The notes under the pieces: generated by a model
Database searches by the model: none
The model's input: the letters and a program-made list of their open reading frames with translations, nothing else
What the model was told of the DNA's origin: nothing
In this document: in pieces, positions 36,981-50,036 of the stretch
Numbering within the stretch: the stretch's first letter is position 1
Layout of the letters: the number at the start of each line of letters is the position of its first letter
Program-made: the position numbers and the translations under genes
NCBI RefSeq assembly: GCF_001194135.2
Contig: NC_068992.1
Coordinates: forward strand, 33,030,773-33,094,772
Source of the DNA: Octopus bimaculoides
Lineage: Eukaryota
Reading direction: 5' to 3'
DNA: 64,000 nucleotides

Positions 36981-37757
36981 ATCAAAGGTAAAAAACACAG
37001 CAAACGGAAATCGTCAAAACATTACAAGCAGGAAAAGGATGATAGCACAACAACGGCAAACAGGACAAAGCAAGATAACACGCACAGCCAGTTGCTTCTT
37101 CAGTCGGAGTCTGGAACGTCTACATAGTGTCCCTCAATCCTATCTGACACTACTCAAAACCAGTTGGGATGAGGGCTTAAGCTGAAGACATTAAGACCCT
37201 GAGCAAAGCAAACGAATGTACATAAACAAACACCAAACATGAGGAAATAACAAAGAGGGGGGGGGTCTTTCAACTACTGGACGAACGTAACAAAGAAATA
37301 GAATCATACATATACAATGGACAAAAGCCTTTCGGCTATCCAACAAAATTGAAGCAAAACAGAGTCTCTAGACTGTTTTGCTTCATTTTTTGTTGGATAG
37401 CCGAAAGGTTTTTGTCCATTGTATATGTATGATTCTATTTCTTTGTTACGTTCATCCAGTAGTTGAAAGACCCCCCCCCCCTCTTTGTTATTTCCTCATG
37501 TTTGGTGTTTGTTTATGTACATTCGTTTGCTTTGCTCAGGGTCTTAATGCCTTCAGCTTAAGCCATCATCCCAACTGGTTTTAAGCGGAATCAGTGAAGA
37601 TTGAGCAACACTGCATAGACATTCCAGATCTCGATTGAAGAAGCAATTGGCTGTGAATGATCCGTGTATCTTGTTTTGTCCTGTTTGCCGTTGCTGTGCT
37701 ATTGTCCTTTTCCTGCTTGTGATATTTTGATTTCCATTTGTTGTGTTTTTACCTTTG

Positions 37758-37759
<2 letters not shown>
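36981..37759. repeat. ~780-bp palindrome (arms 36981-37362 / 37373-37759, 10-nt spacer), probably an inverted pair of PLE-type terminal repeats
   Basis: Direct reverse-complement match across both arms; the right end abuts (TA)n. The PLE assignment is inference. Confidence 0.92.
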
Positions 37760-37789
<30 letters not shown>

Positions 37790-37797
37790 ATTAGTTC

Positions 37798-39225
37798 TGT
37801 GGTATAATGAAGGTTGATGATATTGGTTAATAAATAGAAAGAGAATTCAGTGTGAGATAAGATGAGCCCATTTATTAGTAAGGCATACACAGTAATGGCT
37901 TCTTACTATTAGGAACCCGAATGTGTTCTTTTAAACTAGAGAGTTCCCGTAAAGGTAGGTGACTAATCTAAGGGAGATAACAGCACATCCCCCTTTCAAG
38001 TTAAGAATTCATAATGACAGTTTCTTTGTTGGTCGAATTCTCCTACCACTCCAGGTGTACACTACTGGCTTGAGACTTTCTGAGTTGGCTGGTGGGACAT
38101 CCCTGTGTGCAGTGAACTGGGTCTCTAGTTGGTCAGCTTGTTTGGTGAGATGTTCAGCTGAATTGCCGCAGCTGTACTCAGGAGTGTCTCTGGGTACGGT
38201 CGGTAAGGTGGACAATTCTGTTGGGGGTAGCTACCTGAGGAAACTTAGTTTTCCCACTTCTTTTGCAAAGACGGCTTCTGTTTCAATGAAGCAGTCCTGA
38301 ATCGACAAGTACTGACCTTGGTGATAGAGTTTTCACCAATTTGGCTGGACTGGTTTTAGGTGTTTTCACCTAAACTGGCTGTCCATCGATAAAAGGTACA
38401 TGCTCTCTAGTTCAATAATGTTTGTCAAATTGACCTTTTGTTTCAATTTGAGATAAGAGTCTACATTTTTGTGCTGCTCAACTTTTTCTTGGCAGTATAC
38501 CTATTCATCAACAGCTCTGGAGGACCCTTGCCATGTTTTAATGGAGTACTGCGATAATTAAGTAGTACAATATATGGATCACTTGCTTTTTTTTAGAAGG
38601 CTTTTAACTGTCTGACCTGCATGTTGAGCTTCTCCATTTCCTTGTGAATAATGGGGGCTACTGTTGAGGTGTAAAAAGCCAAAACCATTTGAAAAATCCC
38701 TGAACTCCTTTGCTATGAATTGAGGACCCTTATTGGAAATGACAACCTCCAGTATACCATACCAAGCAAATATTGATTTGCAGTTGTCAAGGATACTGCT
38801 TGATATTGTTGTCTGTAGATGAGATACCTCTATCCATCTAGAATAGTAGTCAATGACTAATAGACATCTGTGTCCTTTCAATTCAAACTAGTCCATTCCT
38901 ACCTTCTGCTTTGGATAGTCAGGTAACTTGGTAGGTTGTAGTGGTTCTGGTGAATATTTCTTTTCTTTATCACAGATACTACATTCTCCTATCTTCTCAA
39001 TAATTTGCTTGGAAAGGCCTGGCCACCAAGCATTGTCCCACACCACGATACCTTGGTGTCCTTTGTGTAGATGAGCCAAGATGTCTTTTTTGAGGTCTGC
39101 AGGGATGAGGAGTCGGCTCTAATATAGTAAGCGTCCCGGATAAACCGTTAGGCATTGCTGTACAAACCAGTAGGGCCTCAGTTCCAGACCTTGTGTGGCT
39201 GCTTGAGGCCAGTGGTCCATACTGT
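37798..39225 (-). mobile_element. Gypsy LTR retrotransposon remnant: integrase region, PPT and 190-bp 3' LTR
   Basis: HLHKGHQG...WWPGL...ECSIC (HHCC zinc finger); VIDYYSRWIEV...VISNKGPQF...SSPHYSQGNGEAQ (integrase core); SGRRIRPTKKLSL; PPT GAAAGGGGGA, then LTR TGTGCTGT(37987)...ATACCACA(37798) containing AATAAA. Confidence 0.93.
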
Positions 39226-39227
39226 AA

Positions 39228-39680
39228 AGGTTGATAACTTGACCACATGGTCCTGGGTTCAGTCCCATTGTATGGCATTTTGGGGAAGTGTCTTCTGCTA
39301 CAGCCTTGAGTCAACCAAAGCCTCAGTAGTGAATTTGTTAGATGGAATCTAAAAGAAGCTTGTCTTGTGTGTGTGTCTGTCTGTCTTCTGTCTGTGTGTC
39401 TATGAGTGTGTGTGCATACCTGTGTGTGCATACCTGTGTGTGTGTAGGGAGAGTCTTTGTTTCCAAGTTTGTCCCCTTCCATCACTTGACACCCACTGTT
39501 GGTACGCTTGCATTCCCATAACTTAGCATTTCAACAAATGAGGTCAATAATATGTACCAGGCTTAAAAAGAAAAAGCACTGAGTTCGATTTGTTCAACTA
39601 AATTTCTTTAAGATGATGCCATAGTATGGCCACAGTCTAATGACGGAAACAGGTAAAAGAGAAAAAATAAAAGATAGAAG
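39228..39680 (+). mobile_element. tRNA-derived SINE with internal (TG)/(TCTG) microsatellite, truncating the Gypsy remnant
   Basis: ACCACATGGTCCTGGGTTCAGTCCCATTG...AAGTGTCTTCTGCTACAGCC; 3' ATGGCCACAGTCTAATGACGGAAACAGGTAAAAGA. Confidence 0.8.
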
Positions 39681-39966
39681 ATATACCTGTATCTGAGCAG
39701 AATGTATGTGTTTATTAATATTTCATTTGTCACCACTAGAGCAAAATTTCACATTCTTATTGACATTATGACTAATTGGTTTACACCACCTAAGACCTAT
39801 GGAATATAAATTCCTTACTTGGAAAGCAAACCTGAGGGTTTGTGATAAGAATAGCATCAGGCTGTAAAACCTAAGCTCTAACAAACTCTTGCCGAAAACG
39901 TTATTATGAGCAAACAGATGTTAAACAAACAAACCATTATATGTGTATGTATATGTTTGTGTGTAT

Positions 39967-39968
39967 GA

Positions 39969-40048
<80 letters not shown>

Positions 40049-40062
40049 GTGTGTGTGTGTGT
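39967..40062. repeat. Long (TG)n microsatellite
   Basis: About 90 bp of near-pure TG repeat. Confidence 0.95.
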
Positions 40063-42412
40063 TAGTATTTGTCTCATCATTTCTTCACACTGATGCTACA
40101 TTTGCAGCACTGACATATCTTGTCAGCTTTCATAAACCCTATGCCCTACACACCTCAGCAAGCAATTTGATATGTGAAGAAAGGTGGAATTTAAAATGCC
40201 TTACCAGAAAACCAAGTAAGGGGTGAAGAAGGAAAACAACTTATCAAGCCACACAATACTGTATCTATAAGTCTTGCTCAACCTATGTCAGCACACTAAA
40301 AGTAGGCATCGAAATGATGTTGATGATGATGCATTTTCATAGAGTCCCTCTAGCAAAATCTAATGACAAGTTGCTTTGATCTTAAGAATATATGGTAGAA
40401 AATAATTGTTCCAAGTTATGTACACTAGGATCAAACTATTTCGTTGCAAAGCTAACACTTTAACCACACAGTGAAGCCTGCACTGGGATTAGTTTCAAGA
40501 TATCAATGTGGTTAGTGGCTGTTAGTGTAGTTAGTGATGTTAGCATTCCCCACATTTCAATAAAAACTGTTGCATCAATTCATTTTGTAAGAGTTTGATT
40601 TCTCTGTCTGGTATCATGTAAAGATAAGCATTGCTAGACAATAATCTCACTTTTCTAGAGAGATAACAAACTGATAGATTTTACCATTCTTTAAATCAAG
40701 GCGATACTATCATTCTGATTACCTCAATTTGCCTGTGAAATATCTAATATTCACAAGAAGTGTAAATACACCATTACCAGTTGTCGGCAAACATTTAACA
40801 GATTTCTTTCTTTTTAAGAAGAAGAGACACAAAACTGCTGTTTTCTTGAAACCTTTCCAATTATCACAATAGTGATCCTGATTAATTGTCCACATCAAAG
40901 ACAGAAATTATTTTTGCATAAAGAGCATTTTCGATTTTTACTATTACATTTACTTCAAGGTATAATTCACACATAAACATGTGCATGCATACATACATCT
41001 TCAAAGGTGTTTTTATTTTGTTTGTCCCTTGTATATAGCAGTAACTGAGTTTTTAATGATAAAAGTAAGATAGAATTGCTTGTGATTCAAATTCAGATAA
41101 ATGGCATATCAAAATAGAATGAAATATCCTATTCTTACTTCTGTTCCATGTTCTCCCTCATCTTTAAAGTAACTAAGCATCAACTACTAAATTACTGCCA
41201 TTGTTTGTAAACCTACATATTATATGGGATACTTTACTGTATCTGTGACACCAAAAGAGGAATTATTATTGTTGTTGCCATGCCAACATTCATGATGTTG
41301 AAATATTCTAGCAACAAATACAAAAAAATTGAAATTGAAGTAAATCATATATTATTTGTGGAAAGTTTCTGCATTTTGTCTTTCATTGAGCAATTTGAGA
41401 TATGAAAGTGATGGTAAAATAGCACCACATTTGCCATTAATATCAATATCTTATACTCCACAATTTATTTTTATTTGCCATAATAAAGCAAAGTTTTAGA
41501 TTTGAAAGAAAAAGAAAAGAAAAGAAGGAAGCACATATATAACAGGAATTGACATTTTTAAGAGTAATTGGTTTTGTTTCTTACAAAAAGGAAAGAGCCA
41601 ACTAGACAATATATGAGTCTGGTCACTTAGTTGAAAACAAATACTGCGTTAAGACTTATAGAATATTAAGTTATTTCTCAACACGAGTCTAATATTTTGA
41701 ATTAAAACATATTTTGGGAGAAAATTTAGGATACTATGTGCTAGTATCAGTGTTTGAATCGATTATTGTGAACATTAATGTTGACTTGATATTTATTTAT
41801 CGCATTCAGTTTTGTTTCAGCAGCCAATTTAACATTCAAAAATATTTCTCAATGAGTACACCAGATACAGATTGTTCAATTTTGTTGTATAATTATTGAT
41901 GAGATAATTTTGTTTAAATATAGTTACCATTTAAAATACCTAGTTAAGATCTCTCATGCATGCTTGAAAATCAGGCGGCAATTCTCTCCTATGTTCTCCT
42001 TTGGTTGTATATTTTTCAACCTTTTCCTATTGTCTGTTAATAGTCTTCAGGTGCTTCTTTAAGTCTTTACTATTTTAACTGGCCATATCTGGCTCAAATA
42101 TTCTACCTGTTCTATATTCCAACTGATCAGATTCAACATCTTATACCTACCCTGCAATATCTTTCTAGAATAAATGACCAAATCTTCGAAATCTCTCAGC
42201 TACATGTTTAATTTTTTAAAAATGTGAATAGATAAGCATTATATTCAACAGAGTAATCTGAATGCTAAAGGGTTAAGGTTTGGCAAAATATGGCTTGTGG
42301 TCATTTTGTTTTCCCCTTTTAGTTGGTGGTGTCCTTCTGAATATTGTTTATATATACCAATAATCTGGTTGCCAGAATATCTGATGAGCAACTTATATAT
42401 ATATATATATAT

Positions 42413-42600
42413 GGGAGAATATACAAAAAATAACAACAGACGAGGACAGGTGGTGTAAATAACAAAAGTATATATTAGTATGACGCTCGGGAATACGGAA
42501 AGTCTTTGACGTTTCGAGCTACGCTCTTCAACAGAAAGAATACGGAGACAAGGAGAAAAACACGGAGAAAAAAAATTGAATAGTGTTCAGTCAACGGTCA
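42413..42600 (-). mobile_element. Penelope-like element 3' terminal fragment (family A) flanked by (TA)n on both sides
   Basis: Highly similar to 22133-22320. Confidence 0.65.
42503..42539 (-). ncRNA. Minimal hammerhead-like motif with expanded core (PLE family A, copy 2)
   Basis: TCTTT CTGTTGAA GAGC-GTA-GCTC GAAA C GTC AAAGA, with a GUC triplet. Confidence 0.6.
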
Positions 42601-42601
42601 A

Positions 42602-42658
<57 letters not shown>

Positions 42659-44237
42659 TCTTTTGTTTTAGAATCTTTGCAATAATATTTTCTTTGAATC
42701 TAATGAAATTTTCAGAAATTTTGGTGATTTTTTTTTCCCCTTCATTTTTGTTCCACATAGTTTCTATATTTTAAAGCCTAAAAAAGTGTTTTGAAGGAGA
42801 TATTGCTGTATTATTGAGTAGATTGCCTATTTAGATATCATGTATAACACACACTACCTCATACTATTTCAATTAATGAAAATGTTATATACAAATAAAA
42901 TAGATCAGAAATGATCACAATGTAATTTTGTTCAGTATTGTAATATTTTTTCTCTTGCCAACACCACAGTACCAAGGTCATATTAGTTATTTCACAAAAG
43001 GTTATATTTTGTGGTTTACAAACTGCAGATCAATTTGTTAATTTATTTTATATGTATAATGAAACTGACCCTATTTAAATTCTTTTCCTCCTATGTCAAT
43101 AGAAAAATAAAACAACAAATAGCCAGTATAGAATTTCTTTTGTCTTTTTTTATTCTGTTCTTTGCTACAATTATTTATTCAAATTACATGATCAACGATA
43201 AGAAAGCATAACTACTAGTCATGACCTTGTCATTATAATATTTACATCTGAAATAGTAGCATAAACCAGAAATATTATAAATTTCATATTCAGAATTATT
43301 GATATTCTTTTTTATACAAACATATTAATAACATTTATTTGGACTAAGATCGATATTTTACTTTTACATAGAAAATTTACATTTTCTAATAATTTTAATT
43401 ATTTTTTCTTATATTTTTCAAAATCCTGATCCTTGGTAAAGTATTGGAGTTGTGAAATGCATTGCTGAAGTCAAGTACTGACTATTACAAGAGCTTAGTA
43501 ACAAAAAGTAATTAGTTTTAAATATCTGTTAGCCCAGCTCATTGACCAATGACAACTAAATTGTTTCACTTGCAGAACAAAATAGTTTTAACTGATTCAA
43601 TGAAAATGAGTTGGAGAGGCTAAAAATTAGAACAACTGTAGCACCCGTATGAACAAGATCAACAGTAATAACATTAGCAACAACCTCAATTTAATCATCA
43701 ACCATACAGAAACTTATTTCAACATCTCTTGTGAAAGTGTCGAAAATTAAAATGAAATAAAATAATCAAGAAACAGTGATTGGTTTATAAAGAAAATCAA
43801 TAGAAGCATAGGATGTATGTGAATGGGTGCATGCATGTTTGTAAATGTATCTCAGTATGTGAAAGTGTGTGTACACACACACACACACATATATATATAA
43901 CAGTTCATATTATATGTGTCTGTGTGTGTGTGCATGTTTGAATATATGTCTGTGTATTTGAGTATGTGGGAATGGAATGGGAAAAAATCCATTCCATTTT
44001 AGTCATACCAGGAAAAGAAATTCTACCTCAAATCAAATTATTCTGTAAAGTTTATAAATTAAAAAGTATTTCCAAATGTCTCAGAGTTGTCTTTTTGAAA
44101 GGGAAGAATAAAACACCAATATAACCCAATATAAATAACTCCTTTATCGGTTTGTTGTGCTTCACTTTAATGCTGTTATCTTATCTGTTTATGTTATTTT
44201 ATTACACTATGTTCATTAACATATGATTGTGTTCTTT

Positions 44238-44277
<40 letters not shown>

Positions 44278-44899
44278 GATAGATAGATATAGATATACTT
44301 TTACAATTATCTTTTCTTATAGAATGGCAGAAAGTTGATAGAGTAGGCAGAGGAAATTTGGTAAAAACACCTTGCATTATTAATTTACTTCCCTTTCCAT
44401 TCTGAGTTCAAATCTCATCAGGCTCAACACTGACTTTCATTATCCCAAGGTTGATAAAAGAACTACCAACCAAGTAAGCGAATCAAGAAAAGTGCTAGGA
44501 TGAAGGAGAGAAAGCCAAACTTCACTACCATCAGAGAAGTGTTCATTCTCCTCGGGCAGAAAAAGAATAGCTATATATTGAGTTCCATGTACCCAGTTTA
44601 AACTTATAGACATGTAAGAATAGTACAGGAAGCAAACTCCTACACAATAGTTAGCAGTATATTACTACATAAAACAAATGTTTCAAATTTCATGAAAACT
44701 CTGTAAGTACTTCATAGTTTTTGTTAGTTACACTGGTGACCTGATTAATTGGGGAGACAAGTGCTCTGAAAGCAATGTAATAAGAGTAAAAACAAGATGA
44801 GAAACTACTCCAAGAGTTATTACCTCAGTTGGTGACAAAGGATTTTCTTACAAGGAGTGAAATGCAGGTTATGTGATGTGTATGCATGGAAGGTATTTT

Positions 44900-45600
44900 G
44901 CATGCAGGATTCACCAATTGTATACTTCTAAAAAAATGTGAGAAATTGATAGGAAAGAAATAGAGAAACAGATAAGAGGACAGTTACAGACACCAGGAAA
45001 TAATGGAAACAGCACTCTTGCAACAAAGAGGAAACTGTAATTTCTTTAAAACAAATTAAAGGCATCTGTGCCAAACAGAAAAAGAGTGCAGAGAGTGAAT
45101 CTCCTTGAAATATTTCTCTTCTAATGGGGATGGTTTCAGTTTTTATAATCCCCTCTTTTGTCTGTAGCTGGTGAACTTTTCGCCGTTTATTCATGACGTT
45201 TTATACATCTTATTATTTTTGGTACTACCTTGTTCATGGCTAGTGTTTCCAGGATACACGTGTGAGGACTACTATCAAAAGCTTTCTGGAAATCAACCCA
45301 AGCCATGCTTAGACCTCCTTTTTCTTTCGGCACACTTCAGTTATGGCTTATTGCTCAATAACTGATCTTTACAGCCATATGAACCTTTATAGCATCCCTT
45401 CTGCTCTTCTGGAAACAAGTTATTTACTTCTAGATATCTGCCCATTCTCTGTAATATTATTGCAGTTAAGGTATTGTAAATTGTAAGAAGACATGTTATG
45501 GGTCTGTAGTTTTGCAGATTTGTAGTTTCAATAGATTTTGGAATTAGGATGTTTTTTCCCTTCTGTGAACCATTCAGATATTCTCTGGCTCTGTTAGCAT
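44900..45600 (-). mobile_element. Dong/R4-clade non-LTR retrotransposon, degraded RT fragment
   Basis: LFPEEQKGCYKGSYGCKDQLL and TETIPIRREIFQGDSLSALFFCLAQMPL, with stops and frameshifts. Confidence 0.8.
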
Positions 45601-47757
45601 CTCATTAACACCCATGAAAGCCACAAATCCCTACAGGTATCGAGACAAAGGGTATCCTAATACAGGATAGAAAAACTAGATGCTTCATTTATTGGACTAA
45701 AACACACCTTAGAGTAGAACTGAAAAGATTAAACAAAACAAGGAAAAGAACAATAAGAGTAAGAGTTAAAAGAGCAATAAGCCCAAGTTTCCAGAGCACA
45801 ACCAGCCAAAACTCTGGGAATAGCAAAGGGAAATCTTTAGGCCCATGTCACAAATAGACTACTATTTTTTATCTCTTACAAGTACTAACCTTTTGATTCA
45901 ACACTTACATCGTGTGATCAGAAAGGAATAAATTTAGATGGAAATTTCCCACAAACTCACTGAAATTACGAGAGGAAACTAGAATTCACTGTAAAAGAAA
46001 ATACAATGTAAAACAATGAAAACAGGTGAAGAGTAAAATTTCTTCTAAACAACAAAATCCCTCCTCAAGAAAATAGCAAAGAAAATAAATAGAACAAAGT
46101 TGAATTACAATTCACCTTTCTTCAAAAATCAAACTAACAGCTAATACACAAAATTACACATCTCAGAACCTTGGAAGTAGAATGATGCAGGAATAATTAC
46201 TCATGCATTTTTACATACCCAGACCACGTATCACCTTTTGTTAAAACTACTTCAACCAGTCTTCCATACAGTGACAGGAATGTCACTGCCAACCATTGAT
46301 CTATGCTATATTCTTCTCTTTTGTTGTAACTCTTGTATTTCTTTGATACAAAGTACACAAATGTACAGTTAGAAATAAGCCTGATAATTCAGCTCATGGT
46401 CAATCTGCATCTTCTGTTTTAAAGATAGAAGAAGTAGTGCTATATATTCCTCCTTTCACCTGATATGTCCAACTGAATATGTGAGACAAAATTTATTCTA
46501 CTCCAACTGTTCATAAACAAAAATATATGAAAAATCTGAAGGAACACTACAATAAGTGTGTGAATTTGAGAGGGAAACATGCTGAATAAAATCATAATTA
46601 ACTGATCCACATGTATTTTCTTTTATCCAAAGCCAGGAACTTTTTAGCACCCCATCATATATGCTTCCCTTTGATCCTATAACAAAGAAAGGCTACTGAG
46701 TTTTACAAAATTCTCCCATTTACATTTTTCTTGTATCTGTGATAGGTCCAAAGAAGCTTACCTGTTTATTTAATACTGAAGGAAGGACTGTCTTCACACA
46801 GTTTCTATCTGAATAACCCACTGAATTTGAAATTGCATAAGAAATACTACAGCTATCATTTTTTTTTTTTTGATTTGGGTCCTGCTTCTGTAACTGTCTC
46901 CCAAATTACTTGTTTGTGTATTTGGGACATTTTCTCCAGTTAATTGTTCAATATACTTTTCATTTTCATTTGTACATTTCGTTGTGTTTGTCTACATTTA
47001 GCTACAGTAGTGTTTTGTTGTGTGACATAGCTATGCATGGTTGCTTTTTGGATATGAAAACGCAATGTGTGTAAATAATACTACAGAAGTTTGTGAAACA
47101 AATATCTTTTTGTCAGTTGTTGTTTACCCCTGGGTATTGGGAGCCAGCATTCCATAGACAATTCTTTTTATAAGGCCAAATAAATATTTCACTTGGCAAT
47201 GCTAGAATAAAATGTTTTTCAAAGAAGCAGCAAAAACCACACTTTCCCACTACATGAGTCCAATACCACTACAATAATAATAATAATAATAATAATCCTT
47301 TCTCTTATAAGAACAAGGTTTGTAATTTTTGGGGACAAAAGGCTAGTCTATTGCATTGACCCCAGTAATTAGTTGGTAGTTATTTAATCGACTGTAAAAT
47401 AAACGAAATAGAGTGGGGCTTGTTTGTAATTTGTAGAGAAAACCTTAAACGTACCTGAAAAAATACATGGTCTTTCTCCCCACTAAAAGACATGAAGAAC
47501 TATGAAAGAGGGCAAATAAGTACAGTGGGGTGAGGGAAAGAAGAAAGAACTAACACTCAGCCGCTCTAGAAATCCCAGAATAAAAACGTAAACACCTGAA
47601 AGACTTTCCCTATATTCTTTATTAAATGTCTTTCCCTCTTCTTCATTGTTAAAAGTAAAGAAGCTAGAAAAGAAAAATCGCATTTCAGTCTAATTGTCAT
47701 TGTAAATGACTGATGCTTCCTTTTCCTGTCTCTATCGCTTCACTCCTTTTCTCTACA

Positions 47758-48090
47758 GTTAAGAGAGTGAAGATGCATGGCGGAGTGGTTAGAGGTATTT
47801 GGCCCACGATCGTAAAGTCATGAGTATGACTCCCGGTGGTGCATTGTGTTCTTGAGCAAGGTACTCTACTTCACCTTGCTGCAGTCCACTCAGCTGGCAA
47901 AAATGAGCTGTAGCTGTAATTCAAAGAAGCCAGCCTTGTCACATTCTGTGTAAGGCTGAATCTCCTTGAGAAAAGCGTCATGGTATGCATGACTGTGGAG
48001 TACTCAGCCACTTGCGTGTTAATTTCATGAGCAAACTGTTCTGTTGATCAGATAAGCAGGAACCTCGTCGTCATAAGTGATAGAGTGCCA
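47758..48090 (+). mobile_element. tRNA-headed SINE with central TTGTGTTCTTGAGCAAGG...CAGTCCACTCAGCTGG domain
   Basis: A-box GGCGGAGTGGTTAG and B-box-like GAGTATGACTCCC; the body is repeated at 48405-48548. Confidence 0.75.
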
Positions 48091-48224
48091 TTTTGTAAAA
48101 AAGAGTGAAAGAAAAGGAAATGTTCCGTATCGTAAGGCAAAAATGTTATGTATTTAGTATAAGCAGTGAAAGCTAAGATGAAATAATTGCTATTCCGTCG
48201 TGTATTTGACCTCGACTAATGCTC

Positions 48225-48345
48225 AGTTTGGTGACAACAACCTGCGCATTGGTGTTTATCTGGGGCTTGGCTTCCAGATCTGTGAAACCCACAAATGCTG
48301 CTGTTATGAACGGATTAACATCCATAGTGTCCCTTTCGATTAAAA
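48225..48345 (+). mobile_element. Fragment resembling the C-terminal zinc-knuckle region of CRE-like RLE non-LTR retrotransposons
   Basis: DNNLRIGVYLGLGFQICETHKCCC resembles the pattern DxxLRIGVxLRLGxxICxPHxCxCG. Confidence 0.45.
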
Positions 48346-48698
48346 AACTGTTCCTGTCTCGATATAGGATCTTTTTTCATTTTCTCCCAACAACTTGAAG
48401 GTTCATCTTGCTCCAGTCCACTCAGATAGCCAAAATGAGTTGTAGCTGTAATTGAAAGGGGCCAGCCTTGTCATATTCTATGTGCGGCTGAATCTCTCTG
48501 AGAACTATGTTAATGGTATGCATGACTATGGAGTACTCAGCCACTTAATTTTATCCTCATGTAGTAATGAAAATTGAACGTGGCATCCAATATTTGCTGT
48601 AGTTATTTGTTTTTGATTTAACAATATCTATGTATCTATGTATCAACTATTCTTTTGATCTATGTATCTACTGTCTCTCTCACTTTATCTCTTTCTCT

Positions 48699-48742
<44 letters not shown>

Positions 48743-48870
48743 TACTTCCTCTATGTCCTTCTATCTCTCGCTTTGCCACTCACTTCTTCCTTTGAAGTAA
48801 GTGTGACACACACCACAGGTACATACAAAAATAAAGAAAACTAAGCGTATTAATATTATTGATAATAATG

Positions 48871-48922
<52 letters not shown>

Positions 48923-48924
<2 letters not shown>

Positions 48925-50036
48925 TGATCACATTGCACTCCTCTGGAACTTCACCATTCAAACTGACAGAAAGATAGACGCAAATAGGCCAGACATCATA
49001 CTGAAAGACTTCAGACAAAAATCATGCCTCCTCATTGATATGACTGTCCCAATTGATATAAACGTATCTGTCAAGACCTACCAAAAACTGAGCAAATATA
49101 AAGATCTTGAAATAGAAATTAGCAAAATGTGGAATCTGAAGACGAAAACAATACCTATTGTCATAGGTGCCCTGGGAATGACAGCGAAACGGGCTGATNN
49201 NNNNNNNNNNNNNNNNNNNNNNNNNNNNNNNNNNNNNNNNNNNNNNNNNNNNNNNNNNNNNNNNNNNNNNNNNNNNNNNNNNNNNNNNNNNNNNNNNNNN
49301 NNNNNNNNNNNNNNNNNNNNNNNNNNNNNNNNNNNNNNNNNNNNNNNNNNNNNNNNNNNNNNNNNNNNNNNNNNNNNNNNNNNNNNNNNNNNNNNNNNNN
49401 NNNNNNNNNNNNNNNNNNNNNNNNNNNNNNNNNNNNNNNNNNNNNNNNNNNNNNNNNNNNNNNNNNNNNNNNNNNNNNNNNNNNNNNNNNNNNNNNNNNN
49501 NNNNNNNNNNNNNNNNNNNNNNNNNNNNNNNNNNNNNNNNNNNNNNNNNNNNNNNNNNNNNNNNNNNNNNNNNNNNNNNNNNNNNNNNNNNNNNNNNNNN
49601 NNNNNNNNNNNNNNNNNNNNNNNNNNNNNNNNNNNNNNNNNNNNNNNNNNNNNNNNNNNNNNNNNNNNNNNNNNNNNNNNNNNNNNNNNNNNNNNNNNNN
49701 NNNNNNNNNNNNNNNNNNNNNNNNNNNNNNNNNNNNNNNNNNNNNNNNNNNNNNNNNNNNNNNNNNNNNNNNNNNNNNNNNNNNNNNNNNNNNNNNNNNN
49801 NNNNNNNNNNNNNNNNNNNNNNNNNNNNNNNNNNNNNNNNNNNNNNNNNNNNNNNNNNNNNNNNNNNNNNNNNNNNNNNNNNNNNNNNNNNNNNNNNNNN
49901 NNNNNNNNNNNNNNNNNNNNNNNNNNNNNNNNNNNNNNNNNNNNNNNNNNNNNNNNNNNNNNTGGTACAGTTGAGTTGGTTGTCAAAAGCAAACTCGACT
50001 TTGCAGAATGTGAAATAATAATAATAAGAAGAATGA
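48923..50036 (+). mobile_element. Young 5'-truncated Dong/R4-clade element inserted in (TAA)n; RLE domain open
   Basis: 92 stop-free codons: LWNFTIQTDRKIDANRPDIIL...LIDMTVP...KLSKYKDL...KTIPIVIGALG (PD-(D/E)xK RLE); (TAA)n on both flanks; the 3' part is mostly hidden by a gap. Confidence 0.9.
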
